Made by a program: the position numbers and the translations under genes. Positions 18,204-28,518 of a DNA stretch of 64,000 bases are shown one piece after another (position 1 is the first letter of the stretch; each line of letters opens with the position of its first letter). Location: assembly GCA_027078545.1 (NCBI GenBank), contig JALWXN010000004.1, positions 544,001-608,000 on the forward strand. The letters run 5' to 3'. The stretch comes from Nitrososphaeria archaeon. Lineage in GTDB: Archaea; Thermoproteota; Nitrososphaeria; Geothermarchaeales; JDFR-13. Under the pieces are notes generated by a model. That model saw only the letters and a program-made list of their open reading frames with translations. It was not told where the DNA came from and searched no databases.

Positions 18204-19388
18204 TCAGGGTATCAGCCTCTCAAGCACCTTGAATAGTGGCAGTGCGACGAAGGCTCCGTAGATCATGTTGAATACCGTCATCGTTATGGTATGCATGTAG
18301 ACGACGTAGCTCGTGGTGTAGAAGTGGTTGAGGTATGGGTAGAAGACGTAGTAGAGTGATATCCATGCGAAGAAGGCCCTGAGCCCGCCTATAAGGGCCG
18401 CGTCGATGACGGCCCATATACCCTTGGGCCTGGGTATCGTTGCTCCCTCGGCCTGGCTTAGGAAGTACTTGTTGGAGATTGCTAGGTACATATCCACGGG
18501 GACGGCCTGGGCCAGGGCGTAGACATACCACCTTATGTCGAAGCCGTAGAACATGAGCTGGCTCGTGAACTGGTAGACAAACTGGATGAATGTTGCTACC
18601 CCGGGCTTCCTAACTATCAATACGCCTAGTACGAAGAATGTGGCGTATCCTATGTCGCCGATCGCATAGTTCACGAATGGTATGGGTAGCCTGTTCGTCA
18701 TCGCGAAGAATCCTAGGCTACGCCCTATTACCTGTACCCAGACCGTTAGGAATATGCCGAATATCGTGGAGTATATGATGTCCTTAGTCTTGAATGATGC
18801 GCCGTAGAGCTTACCCTTTTCAATGGCGTAGAAGGTGGCGCCTATAGCCACTACCGAGACTATCAACGTGCCTAGATACACCATGAATGGCTCTGGCACG
18901 AATGGCCTCTTATAGGTCTCCTGGAACACCACGTTACCCTCTGCATCCATGATCGTCAATACGAAGTCGACGGCCTTCGGCTCAATAGTCTCCGGCACCG
19001 CTAGCTGGAAGGATAGCCTCTTGGTATCGCCGGGCTGGAGACCTGTAACATTGGCTATGAAGTAGGATCCGTCATCCGATGCCACGCCATCCCTCGGGGG
19101 CCTGAGAACCTTGAACCCGGCCTCTACAGGTACCTCGAGCTTCACCGTGAGGAGGTCGATGGGCTCGCTCCCCTCATTAGTGATGTATATGGCTCCCCAG
19201 AAGGAGCCCTGCCCCCTGAAGCCGCCGGATATTATGACCTGCTCATTGGTCTGGGCCTTGAAGGTCGTGTTGTAGTAGTGGGGGAAGTAGAACTCGACGT
19301 CGATGCTGGGCTGTGCCACCGCGTCGATGGGCGCTAGGACTAGGAGGGCTAGGATGAGGATTGGTAGGAGGGTGTGGACACCCCTCAT
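18204..19388 (-). CDS. ECF S-component-like membrane domain fused to a signal peptide and extracellular beta-rich (Ig-like) domain
   Basis: N-terminal signal peptide, about 140 aa soluble domain (LQPGDTKRLSFQL), then 6-7 TM helices with KTKDI and VRKPGVA typical of YkoE/MptD-like S components; in ECF operon. Confidence 0.7.
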   Translation of the reverse strand: MRGVHTLLPILILALLVLAPIDAVAQPSIDVEFYFPHYYNTTFKAQTNEQVIISGGFRGQGSFWGAIYITNEGSEPIDLLTVKLEVPVEAGFKVLRPPRDGVASDDGSYFIANVTGLQPGDTKRLSFQLAVPETIEPKAVDFVLTIMDAEGNVVFQETYKRPFVPEPFMVYLGTLIVSVVAIGATFYAIEKGKLYGASFKTKDIIYSTIFGIFLTVWVQVIGRSLGFFAMTNRLPIPFVNYAIGDIGYATFFVLGVLIVRKPGVATFIQFVYQFTSQLMFYGFDIRWYVYALAQAVPVDMYLAISNKYFLSQAEGATIPRPKGIWAVIDAALIGGLRAFFAWISLYYVFYPYLNHFYTTSYVVYMHTITMTVFNMIYGAFVALPLFKVLERLIP

Positions 19389-19452
19389 CTCACCAATGTA
19401 AAAAACATTTACTGTATATGTATGGATTTTACCTATATGTTTAAAATCTGGG

Positions 19453-20868
19453 CTAGGAATAGACTCTTATCCAGCCTCCGGGCCTAAGAACTGCTTCCAC
19501 GACCGTGTATTCCACTCCCCCTACTGTGATCCTCCTGGTGCCTAGGAGCTCGTATCCCTCCCCCTCGACCCTGGCCTCTCCCCTGACGAGTAGGCCCTGG
19601 AGTAGGATCTCCCTCGGCTCCGCCGTCCATTCCTCTCCTCCCCTCCTGAAATAGATTGTCTCGGTGAATCCATGCCTGAGATATACACTATTCTCCTCCA
19701 GCCTCTCCTCGAACATCTCTGTGGGTATCATCTTTACATCGACGCCCTCCTCGCTAACCGTGATTATGAGCATGTGGTAGATGGCCCCCTCCTCAGGCGA
19801 GACGTAGAGTGGTGACCCGGCTCCTCCCGAGACGTAGAACCATGTGGGCTCGAGATACCTCCTGTAGTAGATGTGGTTATGGGCTTGGAGCGCAACTGTG
19901 ACGTTGTACTCCCTGAATATCTCCGCCACTTCCTTGTCATTGGTTATCGTCCTGTATGCGGGGCCGGAGAAGGCTGGTTTATGCATCGCTGTGAATCTAT
20001 ATCTATATTTCTGACCCTCCCCCAGCATCTCTATCATCCACTCCTTCTGCCTCCCAGTGATCATGTTGGCCTCTCCCACGATGTCTGTGTCTAGGATCAG
20101 GAAGAGATCCTTACCATATGCAAAGCTGTAGTAGAGCCTACCGAGATTCATCAGGAAGAGGATCTGGGCATCCCTATCGCCTGTCGACGGCGCCTCACCC
20201 GTCTTAACCTCATGGTTCCCTGGGGCGACGAATATGGGTACAGCTGAGGACTCGTAGATGGAGAGGAAGTCGCTCCACTGCCATGCCAGGACTACCGCCT
20301 CGCTCCTATATCCATAGACTATGTCCCCGCCCAGGATGGCGAAGTCGGGCCTCACTATGTTGAGGATCCTTATCAGCTTCTTGAACTGCTCTGGCTGTGG
20401 TGTTAGTGGGCCTCCCGGCCTATTATCGGCGAAGAAGGCGAACCTATACTCCTCCCTAGGGTTATCCGGGTCATAGACATATACCAGCTGCCTCGCCTTG
20501 GTCCTACCGCCGAAGTCGAAGATCAGCCTGTAGAACCCCTCCTCAGGGATGGAGATGGATACGGATATGTTCCTGGTCTCCCCGCCCCCGACGCTGTATT
20601 CCTGCTCCGCTATCAGCTCGGGCTCCCCCAGCCCCCCATACCTGTCGAAGCTCCTGATATAGACCTTCAAGACTCCCGATGCTCCCCAGCCCACGTTCTC
20701 CATCGTTAGGGTGAATGTTGTCTCACGCCCGACTGTTATGACCTCGGGATCCCAGTCTATCCATATGGGTCTGAGGCTGGGGGGTGCGGATACGCTGTAT
20801 AGGTAGAGGTATCCCCCGACGAGTATGGCCACTATGGCTAGGCCTAGTAGGAGCCTCCGCCTCATCAC
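19453..20868 (-). CDS. Membrane-anchored calcineurin-like metallophosphoesterase with N-terminal Ig/CARDB-like domain
   Basis: N-terminal anchor; DNR, GGDIV, PGNHE, MHKP, AHNH motifs. Confidence 0.85.
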   Translation of the reverse strand: MMRRRLLLGLAIVAILVGGYLYLYSVSAPPSLRPIWIDWDPEVITVGRETTFTLTMENVGWGASGVLKVYIRSFDRYGGLGEPELIAEQEYSVGGGETRNISVSISIPEEGFYRLIFDFGGRTKARQLVYVYDPDNPREEYRFAFFADNRPGGPLTPQPEQFKKLIRILNIVRPDFAILGGDIVYGYRSEAVVLAWQWSDFLSIYESSAVPIFVAPGNHEVKTGEAPSTGDRDAQILFLMNLGRLYYSFAYGKDLFLILDTDIVGEANMITGRQKEWMIEMLGEGQKYRYRFTAMHKPAFSGPAYRTITNDKEVAEIFREYNVTVALQAHNHIYYRRYLEPTWFYVSGGAGSPLYVSPEEGAIYHMLIITVSEEGVDVKMIPTEMFEERLEENSVYLRHGFTETIYFRRGGEEWTAEPREILLQGLLVRGEARVEGEGYELLGTRRITVGGVEYTVVEAVLRPGGWIRVYS

Positions 20869-20914
20869 TGAAATATTGGGGCTGGGCTATGAATAAAGTA
20901 TCGAGTGTCCAGAG

Positions 20915-22012
20915 ATGGAGACGAGGATCAGGGCTGGAGAGGTAGTCATCATAGAGGGCCCGGCTAGGATAAGGGTTTTGGATGGCGGCGTGTCTAGCCT
21001 AGGAGCCCCGGTTGGGGAGCTGGAGGTCCCCCCTACAAAGTCGCTACCCCTTAGGGCGGTTGAAGACTCTTTGGTGGAGGTGTTGATGGGGAGGATAGGG
21101 CCTGGCGATGTGGATATACCTAATAGCTGGGTGGAGGCGCTGGAGGCAGTTGCCTCGGAGGATGTTGAGAGGATAGCCGTCGTAGGAGGTGTAGACACGG
21201 GTAAGTCTGGCCTGACGACCTATCTCCTGAACGGCCTCCTCGAGAGAGGCTTCAGGACAGGGGTTATAGACACTGATATTGGTCAGAGCGATATAGGGCC
21301 GCCGACAACCCTGGGCCTCGCCATACCCGATGATCAGTATCCCCTCCTAACCATGCTAGCACCAGAGGCGCTATACTTCGTCGGCCTGACGAGTCCACGT
21401 GGACTTATACATAGGGTGGTCCAGGGCCTCGACACCCTCCTGGGCCAGGCCCTGGAGAAGGGTGTGGAGAAGGTTATACTCAACCCTACGGGCTGGTCCC
21501 ACGGCTACGGCCTATACCAGCTCAAGAATGTTAAGCTCTCCCTCTATAGGCCAGACCTAGTGATAGTCTTCAGCCATGAGGAGGATGTTATCAGCTTCCT
21601 CTCCCGTAGATATAGGGTCGTGGCTGTGGAGCCGCCGCCCAGCCTGAAGCCTAGGGACCATGCGATGCGTACTGAGTATAGGAACTGGCTCTATAGGAGA
21701 TACCTCAGCGGTGGGGAGGCGGTGGAAGTGGCTATGGATGAGGTGGAGGTGCTGGGCTATCCACTCAGGAGCCTCATGGATAGGTGGGGAGGGGATCTCA
21801 GGGGGATACTCGGAGCCTATACGACTGGTGAGGGCCTGGTCAACGCGTTATTCATAGTCTCGGATGTAGCTGGGGGCAGGTTAAGATTATACCTCTCCGG
21901 AGATGCATGGGGCATACCGACACTGGGCCTCCTGAGGCTGGATCCCGAGACGCTTACTGAGCTTGGATGGGTAGAGGATCTCATGGAGATCGTGCTAGAC
22001 CCAGAGTCCTAG
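20915..22012 (+). CDS. clp1: Clp1/Grc3-family polynucleotide 5'-hydroxyl kinase
   Basis: GGVDTGKS, DTDIGQSDIGPP, NPTGW. Confidence 0.85.
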   Translation: METRIRAGEVVIIEGPARIRVLDGGVSSLGAPVGELEVPPTKSLPLRAVEDSLVEVLMGRIGPGDVDIPNSWVEALEAVASEDVERIAVVGGVDTGKSGLTTYLLNGLLERGFRTGVIDTDIGQSDIGPPTTLGLAIPDDQYPLLTMLAPEALYFVGLTSPRGLIHRVVQGLDTLLGQALEKGVEKVILNPTGWSHGYGLYQLKNVKLSLYRPDLVIVFSHEEDVISFLSRRYRVVAVEPPPSLKPRDHAMRTEYRNWLYRRYLSGGEAVEVAMDEVEVLGYPLRSLMDRWGGDLRGILGAYTTGEGLVNALFIVSDVAGGRLRLYLSGDAWGIPTLGLLRLDPETLTELGWVEDLMEIVLDPES

Positions 22013-22078
22013 CCGTTCCACACCGTTCCACCTATTCCCTTTAGACACTGGAACATCCTAGTTCATCCCGGTGAATCC

Positions 22079-22789
22079 GTGATGAGCATAGGTCTCAAGG
22101 AGATAGTGATACTACTGCTCGTTGCAGCCCCCATAGTGGCGGCCTACCCCGCCTACCAGGGCGCTGTGGACAGTATATATGGAGTCTCAGACTCGCTGGA
22201 CGACTCTGACCAGTACGTAACGGGCGACGACGACCCAGACATAGTTGAGTATAGGCTGAAGGTCACGCGTATGAGGGATAGGCTGGCAAGTCTCTATAGA
22301 GAGGGGGTCTTCACGGGGCAGTTGAAGGAGGAGGTGGGACACTTCCTCGTGGAGCTTAGCGACGAGAGGATAGCCTCCATGACGCCTCTAGAGCTTAGTA
22401 TGGCTGAGGAGAGGCTGGAGCACTACCTCAAGATGGTTAACGGCTACTATGACGACGACATCTATGAAGAGTATTACTATGATGATAGTCCATCCGAGGA
22501 TGACTGGGTGGACGGCTCAGCCGTAACTGAGAAGAGGGTGAGGTGGCTGATCAGGGAGATAATAGATAAGCAGGGTGATGTCTATGAGTATAGGGTTAAG
22601 GCAGAGACATATGGCGTCACCGATGTGGTCGACGACCTCGAGAGGGCGGAGACCCTTCTCGACCAGGCGCTCAGCATACTTGGGGATAGGGGTGTAGATG
22701 GGTTTGAGGAGGCTTGGAGCCTATACCTAGAGGCAGACCTCATCCTAGACACGGTGGACGAGGTCTTGGACCACGTGGCAGACGACTAG
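22079..22789 (+). CDS. Hypothetical exported acidic helical protein
   Basis: N-terminal hydrophobic signal; Asp/Glu/Tyr-rich; host-like codon usage. Confidence 0.6.
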   Translation: MMSIGLKEIVILLLVAAPIVAAYPAYQGAVDSIYGVSDSLDDSDQYVTGDDDPDIVEYRLKVTRMRDRLASLYREGVFTGQLKEEVGHFLVELSDERIASMTPLELSMAEERLEHYLKMVNGYYDDDIYEEYYYDDSPSEDDWVDGSAVTEKRVRWLIREIIDKQGDVYEYRVKAETYGVTDVVDDLERAETLLDQALSILGDRGVDGFEEAWSLYLEADLILDTVDEVLDHVADD

Positions 22790-22837
22790 CCCCTCCCCCC
22801 TCCCCTTTTTATCACCACACCGGTAAATACTGTATCT

Positions 22838-23389
22838 ATGAGTCTCAAGATACCGGTCCTCCTAGGCACGGCTAGGAAGGGTAGGAGGTCTGAGAGGGCC
22901 GCTAGATACATGTTGGGCGTCGCGAGGGAGTATGGACTAGACACATTCCTCATAGATGTTAGGGATCATATCATAGGGTATACAGATGACGAGGCAGAGA
23001 CTGAGGCGGCTAGGCGTTATAGGGAGCTTATAAGGGGTATGGATGGACTGATAATAGTCACCCCTGAGTATAGCCATGGCTACCCGGGTGAGCTGAAGAT
23101 CCTCCTCGACACTACCTGGAGGGAGTATGACCGCCGCCCCCTCGGCATAGCCGCTGTATCCTCCGGTAGGGGTGGCACCAGGGTCGTCGACGTCCTTAGA
23201 ACCGCCGCCCTTGACCTGGGCTTCGTACCTATAAAGAGGGCCCTATACTTCGCCCCTATAGACGATATCCTGGACGAGGAGGGTAGGCTCATCAACAATA
23301 GGTTCAGGGAGTCGGTGGACAGGTTCATGGCGGAGCTCATATGGTTCGCCAAGACGCTCAAGTGGGGCAGGGAGAACCTGGAGCTATGA
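22838..23389 (+). CDS. NAD(P)H-dependent FMN reductase (flavodoxin-like)
   Basis: LGTARKGRRS, VTPEYSHGYPGELK. Confidence 0.9.
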   Translation: MSLKIPVLLGTARKGRRSERAARYMLGVAREYGLDTFLIDVRDHIIGYTDDEAETEAARRYRELIRGMDGLIIVTPEYSHGYPGELKILLDTTWREYDRRPLGIAAVSSGRGGTRVVDVLRTAALDLGFVPIKRALYFAPIDDILDEEGRLINNRFRESVDRFMAELIWFAKTLKWGRENLEL

Positions 23390-24093
23390 ATGTGAAGAGG
23401 GAGAAGGAGAGGATTAGGCTGGAGGTCTACCGGAGGCTTCTCGAGGCTGGCGCCGCGAGGCCCCCAATGCCTATCGAGGGTAGGATACCCAACTTCGAGT
23501 CGGCTGAGAAGGCTGCGGAGAGGCTGAGGGAGATACCGGGCTTCATGGATGCCGGGGTCGTAAAGGTCAACCCAGACAGCCCCCAGAGACCCGTTAGGAG
23601 GATGGTCCTCGAGATGGGTAAGAAGCTGGTCATGCCTACGCCCAGGCTTAGGAGGGGCTTCCTACTCCTAGACCCGGATAGGATCAGGAACATAGGCTTC
23701 GCCTCCACTATTAGGGGCGCCTTCACAGTGGGGAGGCCCGTCGAGCCTGAGGATCTCCCGGAGATAGGCTTCATCGTGGAGGGGAGTGTGGCGGCTGCCA
23801 GGGATGGTGGTAGGCTGGGTAAGGGTGAGGGCTATGCCGAGCTGGAGTATGCAATCCTGCTGGAGACTGGGAGGATAAGGAGGGATGTAGAGATAGCAAC
23901 TACGGTACATCCCATCCAGGTCTATGAGACGCTGCCTAGAGACCCCTACGACGTCTCCCTCACCTATATCGCCACCTCTAGGGAGCTGATTAGGTGTACA
24001 GACTTCTTCCGCCCACCCGGGATCCTCTGGGACTTGATAAGTGAGGAGAAGCTGGAGGAGATCCCTCTTCTTAGGCGATTAATGAGAAAATAA
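23386..24093 (+). CDS. 5-formyltetrahydrofolate cyclo-ligase paralog (COG0212/MTHFSD type)
   Basis: GRIPNF, KVNPDSPQ, PTPRLRRGF, GRLGKGEGYAELEY; start placed at ATG 23386. Confidence 0.88.
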   Translation: MNVKREKERIRLEVYRRLLEAGAARPPMPIEGRIPNFESAEKAAERLREIPGFMDAGVVKVNPDSPQRPVRRMVLEMGKKLVMPTPRLRRGFLLLDPDRIRNIGFASTIRGAFTVGRPVEPEDLPEIGFIVEGSVAAARDGGRLGKGEGYAELEYAILLETGRIRRDVEIATTVHPIQVYETLPRDPYDVSLTYIATSRELIRCTDFFRPPGILWDLISEEKLEEIPLLRRLMRK

Positions 24094-24170
24094 TGGGTTG
24101 ATATATACGTTATGCGTTATAAGTAGTCCCCAACAACCATTATATATACCTAGTTGAAGGGTGTAGGGAT

Positions 24171-25349
24171 ATGGATAGGAGAAAGTTCCTAGCAGTTGCA
24201 GGTGGCGGCGCCATAGCAATCGCTGCTGGATACTTCATCCTAAGCAACATGGGTGGAGAGGCCGGGAAGAAGACTATATACCTCTACACCTGGGAGGAGG
24301 AGATGAACTTCGACCCCCCAGTCGAGTATGAGGGTACGGCCTATGACAACATAACCGATCTATTCGCCGCAGTCTATCCAGAGTATAACGTCGTAGCCTC
24401 CTACTACGGCGACCAGGATAGGATGGTCGCCGACCTCCTTGCCGGTAAGAAAGCCGACGTCATAGCGCCATGTGTCGACTATATACCCACGCTTGTGGAG
24501 AACGACCTGCTGGCCGAGATAGACACCGGTATGCTCGAGAACTGGGACAAGATGTTCCCAATCTTCCAGGATATACAGGGCGTCAGGGTCAATGGGAAGG
24601 TGGTCTTCATACCCACCAACTATGGATATGAGGGCCTTGCCTATAGGGCGGATCTCTTCGAGCAGAATGGTCTAGAGACTCCTACTAGCTGGATGGACTT
24701 CTTCCAGCCTTGGGAGCTCGGCTTCGATAAGCTAGACAATCCTAAGAAGTTACTCATGCCGGATGACTCCTACATCGGTATAGCGATGGCTGCATTGGCC
24801 CTGGGCTACAACCTCGACGCTAATGGGGACGGTCTATGGGAGCTTACTGATGAGCAGCTGGAGAACTGTAAGGAGCTCCTGATCAACCAGAAGCCCTATG
24901 TACTCAAGTATAGCGAGGAGGTCGATGTGGAGATGCCCAACCTAATGAGTGTAGGTGACGTCATCTTCAGCATTGGATGGGCCCCCGAGGCATTGTCCCT
25001 CCAGGACGAGGGTATAGACGCCGTCTTCGTGCTTCCTGATGAGGGTCCACTCACATTCCTATGTGGAAACGCTATAGTTGCTAATGCTGAGAACTATGAG
25101 GATGCCCATAAGCTGGTCGACTTCTACCTCGGCCCGGTTATTCAGAAGTACTTCGCCACTGAGTATTGGTATGGCATCACCAATGAGGCGGTTGTAAACC
25201 TCCTTAGGGAGGAGGATCCCGAGCTTGTTGATAGCCTCTTGCTAGACAAGCCTCAGCAGGCCCTCGCAAAGGGTGCCTTTGAGTATCCACTGGCCGAGGG
25301 CCAGGAGGAGCTCTGGGAGGAGGTCTGGGACGAGGTCAGGGGTGCCTAG
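24171..25349 (+). CDS. potD: PotD/PotF-like ABC substrate-binding protein with twin-arginine signal
   Basis: MDRRKFL Tat motif, LYTW, PTSWMDFF, PDEG; upstream of PotA/B/C-like genes. Confidence 0.8.
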   Translation: MDRRKFLAVAGGGAIAIAAGYFILSNMGGEAGKKTIYLYTWEEEMNFDPPVEYEGTAYDNITDLFAAVYPEYNVVASYYGDQDRMVADLLAGKKADVIAPCVDYIPTLVENDLLAEIDTGMLENWDKMFPIFQDIQGVRVNGKVVFIPTNYGYEGLAYRADLFEQNGLETPTSWMDFFQPWELGFDKLDNPKKLLMPDDSYIGIAMAALALGYNLDANGDGLWELTDEQLENCKELLINQKPYVLKYSEEVDVEMPNLMSVGDVIFSIGWAPEALSLQDEGIDAVFVLPDEGPLTFLCGNAIVANAENYEDAHKLVDFYLGPVIQKYFATEYWYGITNEAVVNLLREEDPELVDSLLLDKPQQALAKGAFEYPLAEGQEELWEEVWDEVRGA

Positions 25350-25407
25350 CACCCCGAATCTAAACCATTTATTTTTATAGACCCCACTGGAATGGTTTGG
25401 ATTCATA

Positions 25408-26490
25408 ATGGCTAAATCCGCCGACGTAATCCTTAGGGTTGACCGTGTCTCTAAGAGGTTCGGCGAGACATGGGCGCTTAGGGATGTCTCCCTAGACGTG
25501 TATAGGGGGGAGCTCCTAGTCCTCCTCGGCCCAAGTGGAAGTGGTAAGTCCACACTCCTCCGTATCATTGCTGGGCTTGAGACGGCTACTAGTGGGAGGC
25601 TCTACATGGATGGTGTGGACATAACCGATCTCCCACCCTACAAGCGGGATACTAGCATGGTCTTCCAGCACCTGGCACTCTTCCCCCACATGACTGTATA
25701 TGAGAACGTGGCCTACGGCCTGAAGATTAGGGGCGTCCCCAAGGAGGAGATCGACCGCCGCGTCGATGAGGTCCTCAGCCTCGTGAGGATCAGGGAGCTG
25801 AGGGATAGGAAGGTTACGAAGCTGAGTGGGGGGCAGCAGCAGAGGGTCGCTATAGCTAGGTCGTTGATCCTGAGGCCTAAGATACTACTCCTGGACGAGC
25901 CGCTGGGCGCATTGGATCTCAAGCTTAGGAAGGAGCTCCACATAGAGCTTAAACGCCTCCATGAGGAGGTGGGGAATACATGGATATTCGTAACCCATGA
26001 CCAGGAGGAGGCCCTTACACTGGCCGATAGGATCGGGGTGATGAATGAGGGACGGCTCATCCAGGTGGGTGAGAAGTGGGATGTCTATGACTATCCCAAG
26101 ACTAGGTTCGTCGCCGAGTTCATTGGGGAGACGAACATGTTTACAGTATCGATCGACGACATCTCTGGCGGTGTTGCGACTGGTAGCTGGAAGGGCTTCA
26201 GGGTGAGCTTTAAAGATGGTGGTTTCAGGCCGGGTGAGACCATATATCTGAGCGTTAGACCCGAGAACCTCCACATCTCTAAGGAGCCCCCCAGGGGGGA
26301 GGAGTATAACGTCTTCCATGGAGTGGTGGATGTGGAGGTCTTCAGGGGGAGCTACGTGATATACCATATCAGGCTTGATAATGGGGAGGTAATCAGGGTC
26401 ACGGTTCTGTCGAAGGACGCTGAGTTCGACCCTGGTGATAGGGTCTATGTATATTGGAGGTTTGATAAGGGGGTGCCCCTGAGGGAATGA
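25408..26490 (+). CDS. potA: PotA-like ABC ATPase
   Basis: GPSGSGKS, LSGGQQQR, DEPLGALD, TOBE-like C-terminus. Confidence 0.88.
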   Translation: MAKSADVILRVDRVSKRFGETWALRDVSLDVYRGELLVLLGPSGSGKSTLLRIIAGLETATSGRLYMDGVDITDLPPYKRDTSMVFQHLALFPHMTVYENVAYGLKIRGVPKEEIDRRVDEVLSLVRIRELRDRKVTKLSGGQQQRVAIARSLILRPKILLLDEPLGALDLKLRKELHIELKRLHEEVGNTWIFVTHDQEEALTLADRIGVMNEGRLIQVGEKWDVYDYPKTRFVAEFIGETNMFTVSIDDISGGVATGSWKGFRVSFKDGGFRPGETIYLSVRPENLHISKEPPRGEEYNVFHGVVDVEVFRGSYVIYHIRLDNGEVIRVTVLSKDAEFDPGDRVYVYWRFDKGVPLRE

Positions 26491-27356
26491 GGAGGCCTAC
26501 TGGGGAGTCGCTCCAGAGGCTCAGGATATTCCTCTCGAACCTCCCTGCCTCTGCCTATATATTCATAATGTTCTACGTCTCGATAGGCATACTCATAGCG
26601 ATTAGCTTCACGGTTCCCAGGAAATATATTGTTGAGTGGAGCTTCACCCTTGAGAACTATGTTAGGATATTCACAGACCCGAGGTTCCTCAGCCCCATCC
26701 TTAACACCTTCTTGATCGTCACCGTGGCTACGATCCTCCTGATAATTGTGGGGTTCCCCATAGCCTACTACCTGGCTAGGGTGAATCCCAACCTGGGTAT
26801 CAAGCTCATCTTCTTCCTAATCATCCCTGTTGAGGTAAACTATTTGATAAGGGTCTATGCCTGGAGGAATATCCTGGGTGAGAACGGGTTCCTAAACTCT
26901 CTACTTCTGAGCCTTGGGGTGATCGATAAGCCACTCACATTCCTCTTCTACAGCTGGTTCGCCGTGGTCATAGTACTTATCCATGAGTGGCTCCCATACG
27001 TCGTCATACCGTTCTACGTGAACCTGGTTGGGATACCCAGGCAGCTCTATGAGGCGGCTATGGATCTCGGGGCTAATAGGTGGCAGATCTTCAGGTCGAT
27101 AACTCTCCCATTGGTGAAGCCGGCTGTATTGACGGTTCTATTCATAGTCTTCATACCCTCCCTCGGAGAGTTCGCTATACCCTCGCTGGTGGGTGGGGAG
27201 TCGGGGATAATGCTCGGCGTATTGATAGACAGGTATCTCTCAGACTTCCGCCTAGCCTTCGGCGCCGCGCTGAGCTTCATACTACTACTGGTGACGATGG
27301 GGCTGAGCATACTCATGATCAAGATATTCGGCTACGAGGCCCTCTACCAGAGGTGA
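26487..27356 (+). CDS. potB: PotB-like ABC permease
   Basis: EAAMDLGA loop, IRVYAW...GFLN. Confidence 0.85.
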   Translation: MRRPTGESLQRLRIFLSNLPASAYIFIMFYVSIGILIAISFTVPRKYIVEWSFTLENYVRIFTDPRFLSPILNTFLIVTVATILLIIVGFPIAYYLARVNPNLGIKLIFFLIIPVEVNYLIRVYAWRNILGENGFLNSLLLSLGVIDKPLTFLFYSWFAVVIVLIHEWLPYVVIPFYVNLVGIPRQLYEAAMDLGANRWQIFRSITLPLVKPAVLTVLFIVFIPSLGEFAIPSLVGGESGIMLGVLIDRYLSDFRLAFGAALSFILLLVTMGLSILMIKIFGYEALYQR

Positions 27357-27360
27357 TATT

Positions 27361-28155
27361 ATGGAGACGTCGAGGCTGCTGAAGATAGCCCTTGTGGCTT
27401 ACACGGCGTTCACGGTAGGCTTCTTCATATACCTCCCCGTAGCCGTCATAATCGTATATAGCTTCAACGACGTCCCATTCTTCATCCCCGAGTGGAGGGG
27501 CTTCACCCTCGAATGGTTCGTCAAGGCCTTCACCCGTAGAGACGTCGTTACCAGCCTCTGGAACAGCCTATACATAGCGGTCTTCACGACGGCTGTCTCC
27601 CTCGCCCTGGCGATCCCCCCGACATTCTACGTTGTGCGTGGGCGTGGGAGGGTTAAGGATCTCTACATGCTATACCTTATGCTACCCTTCGTCATACCAT
27701 GGATCATCATCGGGGTCTCCCTCTACATCTTCTACTGGTACCTGGGGATTGAGAAGAGCCTCTTGACAGCCGCGTTGGGCCATATAGTATATAGCATACC
27801 CCTGATAGTCACCCTCCTCGCACCTAGGCTCTACAGCCTAGACCCGGATATTGAGAGGGCGAGCATGGATCTCGGCGCTACCCCCTGGCAAACCTTCCGC
27901 TACGTAGTGTTTCCACAGGTCTTCCCGGCGATAGTCTCGGCAGCCATAATAACCTTCATATGGAGCTTCGACAACTTCGTGATTAGCTACTATACCCTGG
28001 GTGGGGAGCTGACCTGGCCTGTATGGGTCTTCTCAGTAATCGGTAAGCAGAGGAATATATTCCCTGTCGTGATGGCCGTCTCAACCGTGATCATACTCGT
28101 CTCGACAGTGGTGATCGCCTATATCGTGAAGAAGGGCTATGTAGACATATTGTAG
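27361..28155 (+). CDS. potC: PotC-like ABC permease
   Basis: YLPV..YSFN, FTLEWF, ERASMDLGA, SFDNF. Confidence 0.85.
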   Translation: METSRLLKIALVAYTAFTVGFFIYLPVAVIIVYSFNDVPFFIPEWRGFTLEWFVKAFTRRDVVTSLWNSLYIAVFTTAVSLALAIPPTFYVVRGRGRVKDLYMLYLMLPFVIPWIIIGVSLYIFYWYLGIEKSLLTAALGHIVYSIPLIVTLLAPRLYSLDPDIERASMDLGATPWQTFRYVVFPQVFPAIVSAAIITFIWSFDNFVISYYTLGGELTWPVWVFSVIGKQRNIFPVVMAVSTVIILVSTVVIAYIVKKGYVDIL

Positions 28156-28229
28156 AGACTCCCCTTCCCGGTGGTCTGAAAAACTGGTTTGGGTGGATAT
28201 GTGGCTCTCCCAGCTGCTCTAGAGGCTCT

Positions 28230-28391
28230 TTAGAACTCCTCTTCCTCCTCGTCTCCCCAGTCCTCCTCGTCGAAGTCCTCCAGGTCCTCGAGGTCCTCAA
28301 TGTCCTCGATGTCCTCTAGGTCGTCCCAGTCCTCGTCGAAGTCCTCCTCGAACTCCTCCTCCCACTCCTCCTCCATGTGGTAGGTCATCAT
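28230..28391 (-). CDS. Very acidic micro-protein (about 53 aa, Asp/Glu with Trp/Phe)
   Basis: MMTYHMEEEWEEEFEEDFDEDWDDLEDIEDIEDLEDLEDFDEEDWGDEEEEEF; GGGGTGG RBS and TTTATATA box upstream on minus strand. Confidence 0.7.
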   Translation of the reverse strand: MMTYHMEEEWEEEFEEDFDEDWDDLEDIEDIEDLEDLEDFDEEDWGDEEEEEF

Positions 28392-28518
28392 TTTACTAGC
28401 CACCCCACCCTCAAGGGTCAATTAAAGTGTTTTCGGATTGGTATATAAAGCTTTATCTAGGCTATCCAGCCAGTCCTAAAAAAGCCTTTTTATACATATT
28501 TATCCATGGTGCCTGGGG

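Noticed and set aside
20915-22012. Clp1 kinase as part of an RNA-repair or CRISPR-ancillary module
   Set aside because: No RtcB, ligase or cas gene adjacent; stand-alone Clp1 is common in archaea
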